This document shows positions 30,731 through 40,468 of a stretch of 64,000 nucleotides of DNA, one piece after another. Origin of the DNA: Alphaproteobacteria bacterium. GTDB lineage: Bacteria > Pseudomonadota > Alphaproteobacteria > SHVV01. Below the pieces are notes generated by a model. That model had not been told where the DNA came from. It searched no databases and saw nothing but the letters and a program-made list of their open reading frames with translations. Where the stretch lies: positions 2,304,001 through 2,368,000 of the forward strand of contig OZ253470.1 of the NCBI GenBank assembly GCA_965261735.1, written 5' to 3'. The position numbers and the translations under genes were made by a program. The first letter of the stretch is position 1. Each line of letters starts with the position of its first letter.

Positions 30731-31297
30731 CTAGGCGAGATAGGGGCGGCGTGCGGCGGGCGCCTGGTCGATGGCGTCGAAGTTCAGCGAGCGGTCGGCG
30801 TAGAATTCGACGCCGGTTCCCGAGGGGTCCCTCAGAAACATGCTGCGCTTGCGTGCGTTGTCGACCTCGAAATCGACGGTGATGCCGGCCGTGGCCAGCT
30901 TATCCTTGGCGTCCGCTAAGTCGGACTCGTCGGCGAGTTCGAACGACACGTGGTGGAGCCCCGCCTCGCCGCCGTTTTCGAGGGCGAAGAGCGCCAGGTC
31001 GAACTCGGACGCGCCACCGCGGTAGCAGGCGAAATCGGCATCCGGCGAGGCATATATTTCGACCAGCCCGAGGAGGTCGGTGACGAATCGGCGCATCAGA
31101 TCGAAGCGCTTCGTCACCAGCACGCCGCGGGCGATCCGTATGGGATGGAACGGTGCCTCCTCGACCCGCGTGATCTCGGGATTGACGTGGTAGCGCCGGT
31201 CCGTGGTCGGCGGCGGATCGCCGGGCGTCCACTCGCCCGAGATCAGCTCGATGTCGCCGCCCGTGAACATCTCCCACCACTCCTTCTTGGCGTCGGC
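30731..31297 (-). pseudogene. VOC family protein, 3' half (third paralog), truncated by IS1595
   Basis: VNPEITRV..HP.R and LHHVSF..RDPSG..VEFY motifs; homologous to the C-half of the 16555 and 17586 proteins. Confidence 0.87.
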
Positions 31298-32402
31298 CTT
31301 GCCTATCCGGTTTACACCCACACCCACTAGGGCTAGAATGGGCGCAACCCGGATATAGGGGAGCGCGCCATGGATGTTCTCGACCGCGTCGGTCTCCCAT
31401 TCCCGCATTCGCTACCCGAGTTCCAGCGACTTTTCCCCGATGATGCGGCCTGCGCCGCCTACCTGGAGAAAGCCCGCTGGGGAGACGGCTTTGCCTGCCC
31501 GCACTGCGGCACGGCGGGAGAGCCGTTCCACTTTGAAAACCGCCCTGGCGTCCTGCGCTGCCGCAAGTGCCGCCAGAACACCGGGCTGACGGTGGGAACA
31601 GTGATGGAGCGTAGCCACACTCCGCTGAACGTCTGGTTCTGGGCCGCTTATCTGGTCGCCAGTCAGACGCCCGGCATGTCCGCCGTGCAGTTTCAGCGGT
31701 AACTTGGTCTTTCGCGCTACGAGACGGCCTTTCAAATTCTCCACAAGCTCCGCTCGGGCATGGTGCGGCCCAACCAAGACAGGATCGGTGGACAGCCCAA
31801 GAACCATGTTGAGGTGGACGAAACCTGGGTTGGCGGGCGAACGCGTGGGGAAGGCCGTGGTGTTCACCACAAGGTTCCCGTCTCCTGTGCCATCGAGGTG
31901 CGTCATCGAAAGCCGGGCACCAAGCTCGACAACCGGAAAGACGGACGCTATGCCGGACGCGTTCGGCTCGCCGTCGTGCTCGACCGTAGCGCCGAGTCGC
32001 TCTGTGGGTTCGTCGAGAGCACCGTCGCGCCGCGATCGCTGATCGTTACTGACGATTGGAGCGGCTATGCTGGCCTCGGTAAGCGCGGCTATGAGCACTT
32101 CGCTGTTGCCGAGTGTGGTGATCCAGAGGTTGCCGAGCAATACCTGCCGATCATCCATCTGGTTTTCGCCAACCTGAAGACGTGGCTGATCGGTATCCAC
32201 CACGGCGTTAGCCACCAGCACCTACAAGCCTACCTCAACGAGTTCACCTTCCGCTTCAACAGGCGGTTCTACCCGTTCAACGCCTTCCGCTCATTGCTCG
32301 GCATCGCGGGCGACACCTCTGCTCCAACCTATGCCGAGCTTTACTCGGGAGAGTGGCGGCACCCTACATGTAGCGGTCATGGGCGTTAACCGGATAGGCA
32401 AG
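31298..32402 (+). mobile_element. IS1595-family copy 3, full length; transposase inactivated by CAA>TAA at 31700
   Basis: Both 23-bp TIRs present; no TSD; nonsense codon relative to copy 2. Confidence 0.94.
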
Positions 32403-32408
32403 CCTCGT

Positions 32409-33460
32409 CTATTGGATGTTGAGTAGCCGAGCGGCATTCCCGCCGACAATCTTCTCCTGGTCGTCGCGATCTAAGTTGGCGAGCAGCTCCGTCAGCTTGC
32501 TCTGCGTCTCCAGGCCGATGGAACGGATGTGCGGAAAGTCCGAGCCCCACAGCACGTGAGTCGGGCCGATGTGCGGGATCGCCTCGGCGCCGTGCGCATC
32601 GTCGATCATGCCGTGCCAGATGCGCGTGCGCATGTAGGCGCTGGCCCGCATCTCGAGCTTACGCAGGGGCAGGCGCCACGACATCGCCTGCATGCATCTG
32701 GTCGAGGCGCCACATGAAATACGGGATCCATGAAATCTCGAACTCGGTGCACATAAGATTGAGCTCGGGAAACCGGTCGAGGATGCCGCCGAAGATGAAA
32801 TCGTCGGCCAGGACGCCCATGACCTCGGTGCCGAGCGCGATAAGCGTGCTCGGGCTGGTCTCGCGTTCCTCGTCGCTATGGTAGTGGAGCGGGTCGGGGA
32901 GCCGGCCCGTGATGATGTGGAGCTGGATCGGCACGCCCATCTCCTGGCAGCGGGCCCAGAACGGATCGTAAGCCGCCTTGCGGTAGGGCGGGCAGCCGGG
33001 AGGTGGGACCAGGTGGATATTGGCGCACCGCAGCCCCTTTTTCACGGTCCGCTCGAGCTCGGCGGTGGCTCACTCGACGTCGGCCATCGGGATCGTGGAG
33101 ACGCCGATAAGGCGGCCGCTGTCGTAAGCACAGAATTCGGCGAGCCAGTCGTTGAAGACCCGGGCCGAGTCCTGCAGCACGTCCTGCGCCGGGTGCCGCA
33201 TGATGAGCAGCATGGTCGTCGCGTTCATGATCTCCGCGGCGACGCCGGCCCTCTCCTGGAACGCGACCCGCACAGCCGGATCCCATCCGGCCTCCTGCAT
33301 ACCGATCTTTTGGGAGTCGGCATCGCCCTGGCCCCAGTACAAGACCTGGCCACCGGTGTAGAAGAAGGTCCCCTCCTCACCGTTGTAGCCTTGAAGGACG
33401 CGCGGCGTCGCGTCGCCATACTTGTTGCCGATCGTCTTGAACCACAGGTCGGGCGGTTCG
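32409..33460 (-). pseudogene. Amidohydrolase_2 family pseudogene
   Basis: EPPDLW, FNDWLAEFC, GILDRFP and WGSDFPH motifs. In-frame TGA at 33070-33072, ATGC duplication at about 32690-32697, 5' end missing. Confidence 0.9.
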
Positions 33461-33970
33461 GCTAAGTAGCAACAACCTCACCAGAGCCGCGGCGGCACGG
33501 CTTTGATCCAGGTTAATGGCGGGGGATGCCTCGGCCATCCGACCAAGGGGTCAAACACCGCCGCGCGGCCGTGCACAGCGTCCCACCCCGTCGAAAGTGG
33601 GGGGCTCTCAGGCATGGCCGGGCGAGACGACATGCGCAGCTAACATAGCTGGATTGCAGAAACTGCAATTTCGACCTTTGGTGCGCACGGCTATATTGCA
33701 CCTGCAACGGGTGTCGGGTGACGGCATTCGTGCCGGCGGGGCCATCCCCGGCGATAACGGATCGCCAGAATTGCAGGTGATTGACGTGCGTCTCCCAGAC
33801 GTGAAGCCTCCCTGTTGAAATCTCGGCCGGAGCCTTACAACTCCGGCCTCTTCTTGTGCCCGCCGGAGTACCGGCCAGCCCGCATGGGCCACGCAATAGT
33901 GTAACAACCGCCACATTTCTTTACACTCGACGGAACGCCGGTTCTTGGACCCGGAGTTCTCCGTAATTTA

Positions 33971-34275
33971 TTGTTCGCAAGAGATTATTCCACGCGGCCC
34001 CAGTTCAAGCTCGGCGCAACACCGGGCGGCGAGGGGTCGGACATCGGCAAGAACATCAAGCTCGTGGATTTCGACGGTGGCCCGGTGAGCGGCGGGCGCA
34101 AGCACGGCCACTCCTTCATTTACGCGCTCGACGACCATCGCCTCGGCAACAAGGGCCACTGCGTCCTCCTCCCAACCCCCGACGAGTTGTGCAGCCGCCA
34201 CGTCGGCCGCGGCTGGATGAACCACAGCGAAACGTTCAAGGATGACAGTTTCGTGGTCGCTCAGACCGTCGCCAA
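33971..34275 (+). pseudogene. Gene fragment of unknown function cut by IS256
   Basis: Open frame with GC3-rich codons ending at the IS terminus. Confidence 0.4.
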
Positions 34276-35724
34276 GATCGTGTCCCGCGGAGTGGTGTAA
34301 GAGCGTTGCGCTCTACGCGGCTCCCGGCGGGTAGGGCCGGGACGTTCAGGCTGCCACGGTGGGCAGCGTGATGGGGACACCATCGCTCAGCGGAGCGATG
34401 GATTCCAGCGTCATGTATCTCCTTGAGACGGCCCACTCGTCGTTCTGCTCGAGAAGGATGGCGCCGACGAGCCGTGTGATGGCGGCTTCGTTGGGAAAGA
34501 TACCGACGACGTTGGTGCGACGCTTGACCTCGGCATGGAGCCGTTCGATCGGGTTTGTGGAGTGCAATTTCTGGCGGTGCTCCCTGGGGAAGCTCATGTA
34601 GGCGAGGACGTCGTGCTCGGCTTCGTCCATGAGAACTGCCAGCTTGGGCACCTTGGGCCTGAGCTGGTCGGCGACCTGGCGCCACTGGACCTTCGCGCTG
34701 TCGGCGTCCTCCTGGGCGAAGGCGGTGGCGACGAAGGCGGAGACGACGCGCCGGCCCTGGCGGCCGGCATGGGCCAGCAGGTTGCGGGCGAAGTGCACGC
34801 GGCAGCGCTGCCATGTGGCGCCGAGGATCCGGGTCGCGGCGGCCTTCAGGCCCTTGTGGTCGTCGGAGATCACCAGCTTCACGCCGCGCAGCCCGCGCCG
34901 GGCCAGCGAGCGCAGGAACTCGGTCCAGAAGGTCTCGGCCTCCGACGCGCCGATCGCCACGCCCAGGACCTCGCGGCGGCCTTGGTCGTTGACGGCCACA
35001 GCCACGGTCACCGCGACCGAGACGATGCGTCCGGTCTGGCGCACCTTCACGTAGGTGGCGTCGAGCCACAGATAGGGCCAGTCGCCCTCCAGCGGTCGAT
35101 CGAGGAAGCCGGTGACCTTATCGTCGATCTCGCCGCACAGCCTGGAGACCTGGCTCTTGGAGGCGCCCGACATCCCCATCGCCTGAACCAGATCGTCGAC
35201 CGAGCGGGTCGACACCCCCTGGATGTAGGCCTCCTGGATCACCGCAGCCAGCGCCTTCTCGGCCATCCGCCGCGGCTCCAGGAAGCCCGGGAAGTAGCTT
35301 CCCTTCCTCAGCTTCGGGATCTTCAGCTCGACCGTGCCGGCCCGCGTCTCCCAGGACCGGTCGCGGTAGCCGTTGCGATGGGTGATACGATCCGCCGAGC
35401 GCTCGCCGTGCCCGGCGCCGGTCAGGCCCTCAACCTCCAGTGCCATCAGCCGCTCGGCCGTGAAGCCGATCATCTCGCAAAGCAGATCGGCATCGGAGCT
35501 CTTCTCCAAAAGCGCGCGCAGGGTCATCATGTCCTGGGTCATCGTGGTTCTCCTTCGGGTCAGGTTGGTTTGCACTAGCCCAACCCTAAACCGGAACCGC
35601 GATGGCCTCCGCTGTGGATAGCCGGCTTGCCTACGCCAGACTCTCGGCGGTCGCTACGGCAAGCCGCCTACCCACAGCTAACAGAGGCTCCAACAACTCC
35701 TACACCACGTCCTGGGACACGACC
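34276..35724 (-). mobile_element. IS256-family element
   Basis: Imperfect TIRs GATCGTGTCCC..GTGGTGTA and TACACCAC..GGGACACGACC; no TSD. Confidence 0.92.
34346..35542 (-). CDS. IS256-family transposase
   Basis: [30 protein letters not shown] and STNPIER motifs. Confidence 0.96.
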   Translation of the reverse strand: MTQDMMTLRALLEKSSDADLLCEMIGFTAERLMALEVEGLTGAGHGERSADRITHRNGYRDRSWETRAGTVELKIPKLRKGSYFPGFLEPRRMAEKALAAVIQEAYIQGVSTRSVDDLVQAMGMSGASKSQVSRLCGEIDDKVTGFLDRPLEGDWPYLWLDATYVKVRQTGRIVSVAVTVAVAVNDQGRREVLGVAIGASEAETFWTEFLRSLARRGLRGVKLVISDDHKGLKAAATRILGATWQRCRVHFARNLLAHAGRQGRRVVSAFVATAFAQEDADSAKVQWRQVADQLRPKVPKLAVLMDEAEHDVLAYMSFPREHRQKLHSTNPIERLHAEVKRRTNVVGIFPNEAAITRLVGAILLEQNDEWAVSRRYMTLESIAPLSDGVPITLPTVAA

Positions 35725-35921
35725 TAAATCAGTGGCGCCGAAGCGCAACATATCGCCATGACGGATCATCAGGTCGCCATAGAAAATGGAACCAAGGATG
35801 AGGTTTTGGAGCACCTAATGCTGGTGGCTTTCAAGGAGATACCTGCGGCGAGGGAGAGATAAACCACTCCACTTGCCAGGCCCAAGGGCCGTTTCGCTCG
35901 GCAGGCCCTAGGGCGCGCGCC

Positions 35922-36524
35922 CTATCTCAACTCGTCAATGAAGAGCTGATAGAGCGTCCGCTGGTCCGGGAGGCCCGTGGCGGAGATGTTTTCGGCGTTC
36001 TGGAAGGCTTCGATGGCGGTCCGCGTGGCGTCGCTCCACGCCCCGTCGGTGGCGCCCTGCTAGTGCCCGCGCTCGGCGAGCGCGAGCTGTATCTTGCGCA
36101 GCACCGCCTGGTATAGGCTCACCTTCTGGTCGGCCTCACCGGTGGTCACGACCGGTGAGTTCTCGCTTATCCGGCCCTTCAGCAGCGAGTTGGTCAGCGT
36201 CATGACGGCGAGCCCAAAGCGTTGCTCGAGGTTGCGCTTGCAGAACGCCTCGAGCAGGGTCATCAGGATTTCTATGCTCTGCCACGGCGCGACGTCGAAG
36301 GTCTCGAAGCCGCGCTGGTTGATGGCTGTAATGTAGCCCATGGTCCAGCCGGCGAAGTTGGGGTAGCTCGGCAGCTTCTCGGCCCGCGCCTTCAGATAGT
36401 TCTCGCAGGTGACGAGCCCCGCCCCCTTCATCGCGAATTTGTTCGATCGGTCGGCCGCGTCCGCGGCGCCTATAGTGCCGATCCAGACAACCGCAAGGGC
36501 CGCCGGCCACGTCAAGCGCTTCAT
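35922..36524 (-). pseudogene. Secreted protein with C-terminal peptidoglycan-binding domain, interrupted by in-frame TAG at 36060
   Basis: Signal peptide; IQLALAERGH*QGATDGAWSDATRTAIEAFQ..TGLPDQRTL continues in frame. Confidence 0.8.
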
Positions 36525-36572
36525 CGGCCCCTCCGCTCCACTGATGCCCGGCGGATTGCGGCCGCGGGGGCC

Positions 36573-37196
36573 CTAGTTGTCGTCCGCGTTGATCTTTTGG
36601 CGGAGCTGGGCGATGAGGCCCGATACCTCGCCACCCTCGCGCTGGATCACGGACGAGAACTCGTCGCGCTGGGTGATGGCCATGCTGAGGCCCTCGACGA
36701 CGACGTCGATCACCTTATAGTCGCCGTCGCGGTCGCGGTCGCGCACGCGCCAGTCGACCCGCACGGCCCGACCCGAGGAGCTGCGAATCTCGCTCGAGAC
36801 GATAGTATCGTGGTCGCCGTGGGTTCGCGCGCCATCGACGTGAAGTGTTTCGCCGGCGTACTGGCCGAGGCGCGAGGCGTAGGCGATGACGACGAATTCT
36901 TCGAAGAGCGTCGCGTATTCGCGACGCTCCTGCACGTTGGCGCGCCGCCAATAGCGGCCGAGCGCGAAGCGGCCGATGGTCTGGAGGTCGAAGCCCTCGC
37001 CGAGCAGGCGTCGGAACTCGTTGGTCCGCGTCTCCTCACTGATCCGCGAATCGCCGAGCACGCTGATCGCCTCGCCGCCGAGCGCGCGGACAAACTCGAC
37101 GGGCGTGTCGGGTGCTGCCAGGGCCGGGCCGAGGGACCCGCCCGAGCCCAGCATGAAGCCGCCGAGCATGACGATGGTTAGCGCGCGCCAAGGCAT
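36573..37196 (-). CDS. mlaC: MlaC/Ttg2D phospholipid-binding protein
   Basis: FD..IGRFALGRYWR and IDVVVEGLSM..TQRDEF motifs. Confidence 0.92.
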   Translation of the reverse strand: MPWRALTIVMLGGFMLGSGGSLGPALAAPDTPVEFVRALGGEAISVLGDSRISEETRTNEFRRLLGEGFDLQTIGRFALGRYWRRANVQERREYATLFEEFVVIAYASRLGQYAGETLHVDGARTHGDHDTIVSSEIRSSSGRAVRVDWRVRDRDRDGDYKVIDVVVEGLSMAITQRDEFSSVIQREGGEVSGLIAQLRQKINADDN

Positions 37197-37213
37197 GGAA
37201 GGGCTGGTCGTGG

Positions 37214-38053
37214 CTAGGGCGAGGTCAAGGTCAAGGCCGCCTCACCGGTGTCCTCGTCGAGGTCAATCGAGATCTGCGGCACCGGCACCAGCGGCGCCAG
37301 ATCACCATTGCGGATCTCGTCGGCTCGACGCTGCCGGTAGAGGCTGCGCACGGTCGCGTAGAGATCGATGGAGGTGCGCTCGATCTCGTCAAAGGCCTCG
37401 AGGTTGCGCCCCTGGAAGTCGATGGCGTCGACCGCGTACCGGGTAATCGGAATCCAGTCGCGATCGGTGTTTCGGGCCCACAGGTTGAGGGGATCGAAAT
37501 AGCCGTCGACGAAGGTGCCGACCGCGTCGCGCGGCGGCGCCGGCCCGAGTAGCGGCAATACGAGATAGATGCCCTCACCGACGCCGTAGACCGCGAGCGT
37601 CTGGCCAAAGTCCTCGTCGTGCTTCTCGAGGCCGAAATGCGCCGCGACGTCGAACAGCCCGAGAATGCCGATGGTGCTGTTGGTCAGGAAGCGGCCCGAG
37701 GTGGTGGCGGCCCGACTCATTTCTCCCTGCAGCACGTCGTTGGCCAGGATGACCGGCGTCTTAAGATTGTCGAGGAAGTTGCGCACCGCATCGCGCCCCG
37801 GTTCCGGGACGATACCGACATAGACCTCGGCCAAGGGCCGCAGCGCCATGATGTCGATGAAACGATTGACCTCGAAGATGTACCGGTTGAACGGCTCCAG
37901 CGGGTCGTTCGCCTCTTCGAAGGCGGCCTTCGCCAGGGGATCGTCAGCGGGCGCCGAGGCGCAGCCGGCCAACGCTATCGCGAGCAGCCAAAGCGGCGCG
38001 CTGAGGAGCCCCGATCGCGACCAGCGTCTACGCGTGCGAATGATCGCCGTCAC
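37214..38053 (-). CDS. mlaA: MlaA/VacJ lipoprotein (start approximate)
   Basis: LAGC lipobox; DPLEPFNR, EDFGQTL and YLVLPLLGP motifs. Confidence 0.92.
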   Translation of the reverse strand: MTAIIRTRRRWSRSGLLSAPLWLLAIALAGCASAPADDPLAKAAFEEANDPLEPFNRYIFEVNRFIDIMALRPLAEVYVGIVPEPGRDAVRNFLDNLKTPVILANDVLQGEMSRAATTSGRFLTNSTIGILGLFDVAAHFGLEKHDEDFGQTLAVYGVGEGIYLVLPLLGPAPPRDAVGTFVDGYFDPLNLWARNTDRDWIPITRYAVDAIDFQGRNLEAFDEIERTSIDLYATVRSLYRQRRADEIRNGDLAPLVPVPQISIDLDEDTGEAALTLTSP

Positions 38054-38615
38054 CCTAGCGTTGCTTGTCGGCGCAACCTCGACCCACTCGGCCACGTCCC
38101 CGTACCCCCAACAAGACTCAGCCCATCCCCGCCGCCGCCGAGCCCGTGACCTGCGGCCAAGCGAGCGGACCGGACGCCGCAAGTGCGTCCGGGAAGGGCA
38201 TTTTTCCTACCATAGCGCTAGGCCAAAGACCAGCGGGTGTTCCTCCCCGTGCGCCCATTTTGTCACCCCTGTTGCCAATATGTCGCGCCTCGCGAGTGAG
38301 CGGGCGCTGAGGCGAATTGGCGCAGCACCTCTGCCGTCTCCATCGAGCATGCTAATCTATTATTAATCAATATATATGCATATTAACATTACATCATGAA
38401 TGGCATAACGTTCGCGTCGCTCGGTCCACGAATGCCTTGATGATGTCGCCCGCGACGACCGCTGCACTATGGCGCTGGCGGATGGACAAGGCGTAAACGC
38501 CGGGGGCCGGGTTTCGGGGGGACTCCGTTCCGAGCCGTGGTTGCTAGACGGGATCATAAAGACCAACGCACCGGGGGCGATCCGCGAACCGTGATCGGCA
38601 GAGGCATGTCACACC

Positions 38616-39557
38616 ATGATTGACCTTTTAAACGGCCTCAAGGCGGCGGGCGAGCCTTCGCGGCTTCGGCTTTTGGCGCTGTGCGCCCAGGGCGAGCTCA
38701 CCGTGCGTGAGCTGACACAGATCCTCGGCCAGAGCCAACCGCGCGTGTCGCGCCACCTCAGACTGCTGTGCGAGGCGGGGCTCCTCGAGCGTCGACGCGA
38801 GGCGACGTCCGCCTTCTACCGCCTCGCCGACGCCAACGGCTCGGTCGCGCTCGCGCGTACCCTCGTCGATCTGGTGCCCGAGGACGATCCCACGCTGGCG
38901 CTCGACCGCGACCGGCTTACCGTCGTCAAACAAACCCGGGCCGCCCAGGCCACCGCCTACTTTCGTGCCAACGCGCCACGCTGGCACGAGGTCCGCGCCC
39001 TGTATGCGCCCGAAACGAGCGTCGAGAAGGCGATGCTCGACCTCCTCGATGGACCCATTCATGATCTGCTCGATGTCGGCACTGGCACGGGCCGCACTCT
39101 CGAGCTGTTTGGAGAGCGCATACGCTCGGGCGTGGGTGTCGATCTGTCGCGCGAGATGCTGGCACTGGCGCGCGCCAATCTCGAGCGTGCCGGCCTGCGC
39201 CATTGTCAGGTACGCTACGCCGACATGTACGCACTACCATTTGAAGAACCCTGCTTCGACGCCGTGACCTTCCACCAGGTGCTCCATTTCGCCGACGACC
39301 CGGCGCGCGCGATCGCCGAGGGCGGGCGCGTTCTCAGGAAGGGCGGCCGATTGGTCATCGCCGACTTCGCTCCCCATGCGCTCGAACATCTACGTGACGA
39401 ACACGCGCATCGCCGGCTCGGTTTCCCTGAGCACGAGGTCGCGGGCTGGTGCCGCGCGGCCGGGCTCGAGGTGGCCAAGGTCGTCAACATAGCCGGCGAT
39501 CCGCTGACGGTGACCTTGTGGGCCGCGCATCGGACCGACAACGGGCGGCGCGCATGA
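38616..39557 (+). CDS. ArsR-HTH plus methyltransferase regulator (SahR-like)
   Basis: GQSQPRVSRHL HTH; LDVGTGTGR and HAHRRLGF motifs; upstream of metF-metH. Confidence 0.9.
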   Translation: MIDLLNGLKAAGEPSRLRLLALCAQGELTVRELTQILGQSQPRVSRHLRLLCEAGLLERRREATSAFYRLADANGSVALARTLVDLVPEDDPTLALDRDRLTVVKQTRAAQATAYFRANAPRWHEVRALYAPETSVEKAMLDLLDGPIHDLLDVGTGTGRTLELFGERIRSGVGVDLSREMLALARANLERAGLRHCQVRYADMYALPFEEPCFDAVTFHQVLHFADDPARAIAEGGRVLRKGGRLVIADFAPHALEHLRDEHAHRRLGFPEHEVAGWCRAAGLEVAKVVNIAGDPLTVTLWAAHRTDNGRRA

Positions 39558-40468
39558 GCGCGGGATCCGCACCGGCCACGGCGGTGCCGCTCGCGGCGCC
39601 GGGCGCCCCTCGCCCGGACGTTTCGTTCGAGTTCTTTCCCCCGCAAACCGCGCAAGCCGAGGCCAACCTATGGGTCGCGGTCGAACGACTGGCGCCGCTG
39701 GCACCCCGTTTCGTCTCGGTAACGTACGGCGCCGGCGGCAGCACGCGCGAGCGTACCCACGCCACGCTGCGCCGAATCAAGCACGAGACCGCCTTGACGC
39801 CGGCCGCCCACCTGACCTGCGTCGGCGCGACCCGAGACGAGGTCGATGCCGTCGCTCGCGACTACTGGAGCACCGGCATCCGTCATATCGTCGCGCTGCG
39901 CGGCGATCCTCCCGCCGGTACCGAGCGCTACATCCCCCACCCCGGCGGCTATGCCTTCGCCGGTGATCTCGTCGCGGGCCTGAAGCGGATCGCCGATTTC
40001 GAGATCAGCGTCGCGGCCTATCCCGAAACCCATCCCGAGGCGACGAGCGCCGCCGCCGACCTCGATCACCTCGAGCGCAAGATCGATGCCGGCGCGACCC
40101 GCGCCATCACCCAGTTCTTTTTCGATACCGACCTCTACCTGCGCTTCCTCGATCGCGTCGCCGCGCGCGGCATTGGCGTGGCCATTGTGCCCGGCATCCT
40201 GCCGGTCACCAACTTCACTCAGGTCGCCAAGTTCAGCGCGCGCTGCGGGGCCACCGTTCCGGGCTGGCTCGCCGACCTGTTTGAAGGCCTCGACGACGAT
40301 GCCGATACCCGCAAGCTGGTTGCCGCCACGGTCGCCGCGGAGCAATGCCGTCGGCTGCAGGACGCGGGCGTGAACGAGTTTCACTTCTACACGCTCAATC
40401 GCGCCGACCTCGCGTACGCGATCTGTCACATCCTTGGCCTGCGTCCTCTCGTGCGGACGACCTCATGA
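39554..40468 (+). CDS. metF: 5,10-methylenetetrahydrofolate reductase
   Basis: SFEFFPP, SVTYGAGGST, ALRGD and HFYTLN motifs. Confidence 0.97.
   Translation: MSAGSAPATAVPLAAPGAPRPDVSFEFFPPQTAQAEANLWVAVERLAPLAPRFVSVTYGAGGSTRERTHATLRRIKHETALTPAAHLTCVGATRDEVDAVARDYWSTGIRHIVALRGDPPAGTERYIPHPGGYAFAGDLVAGLKRIADFEISVAAYPETHPEATSAAADLDHLERKIDAGATRAITQFFFDTDLYLRFLDRVAARGIGVAIVPGILPVTNFTQVAKFSARCGATVPGWLADLFEGLDDDADTRKLVAATVAAEQCRRLQDAGVNEFHFYTLNRADLAYAICHILGLRPLVRTTS

Noticed and set aside
33070-33072. In-frame TGA as selenocysteine or recoding
   Set aside because: The same gene has a frameshift and a 5' truncation, so a simple nonsense mutation is more parsimonious.
38410-38615. SAM or cobalamin riboswitch upstream of the met genes
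   Set aside because: No recognisable conserved core seen by eye; an Rfam scan would be needed.
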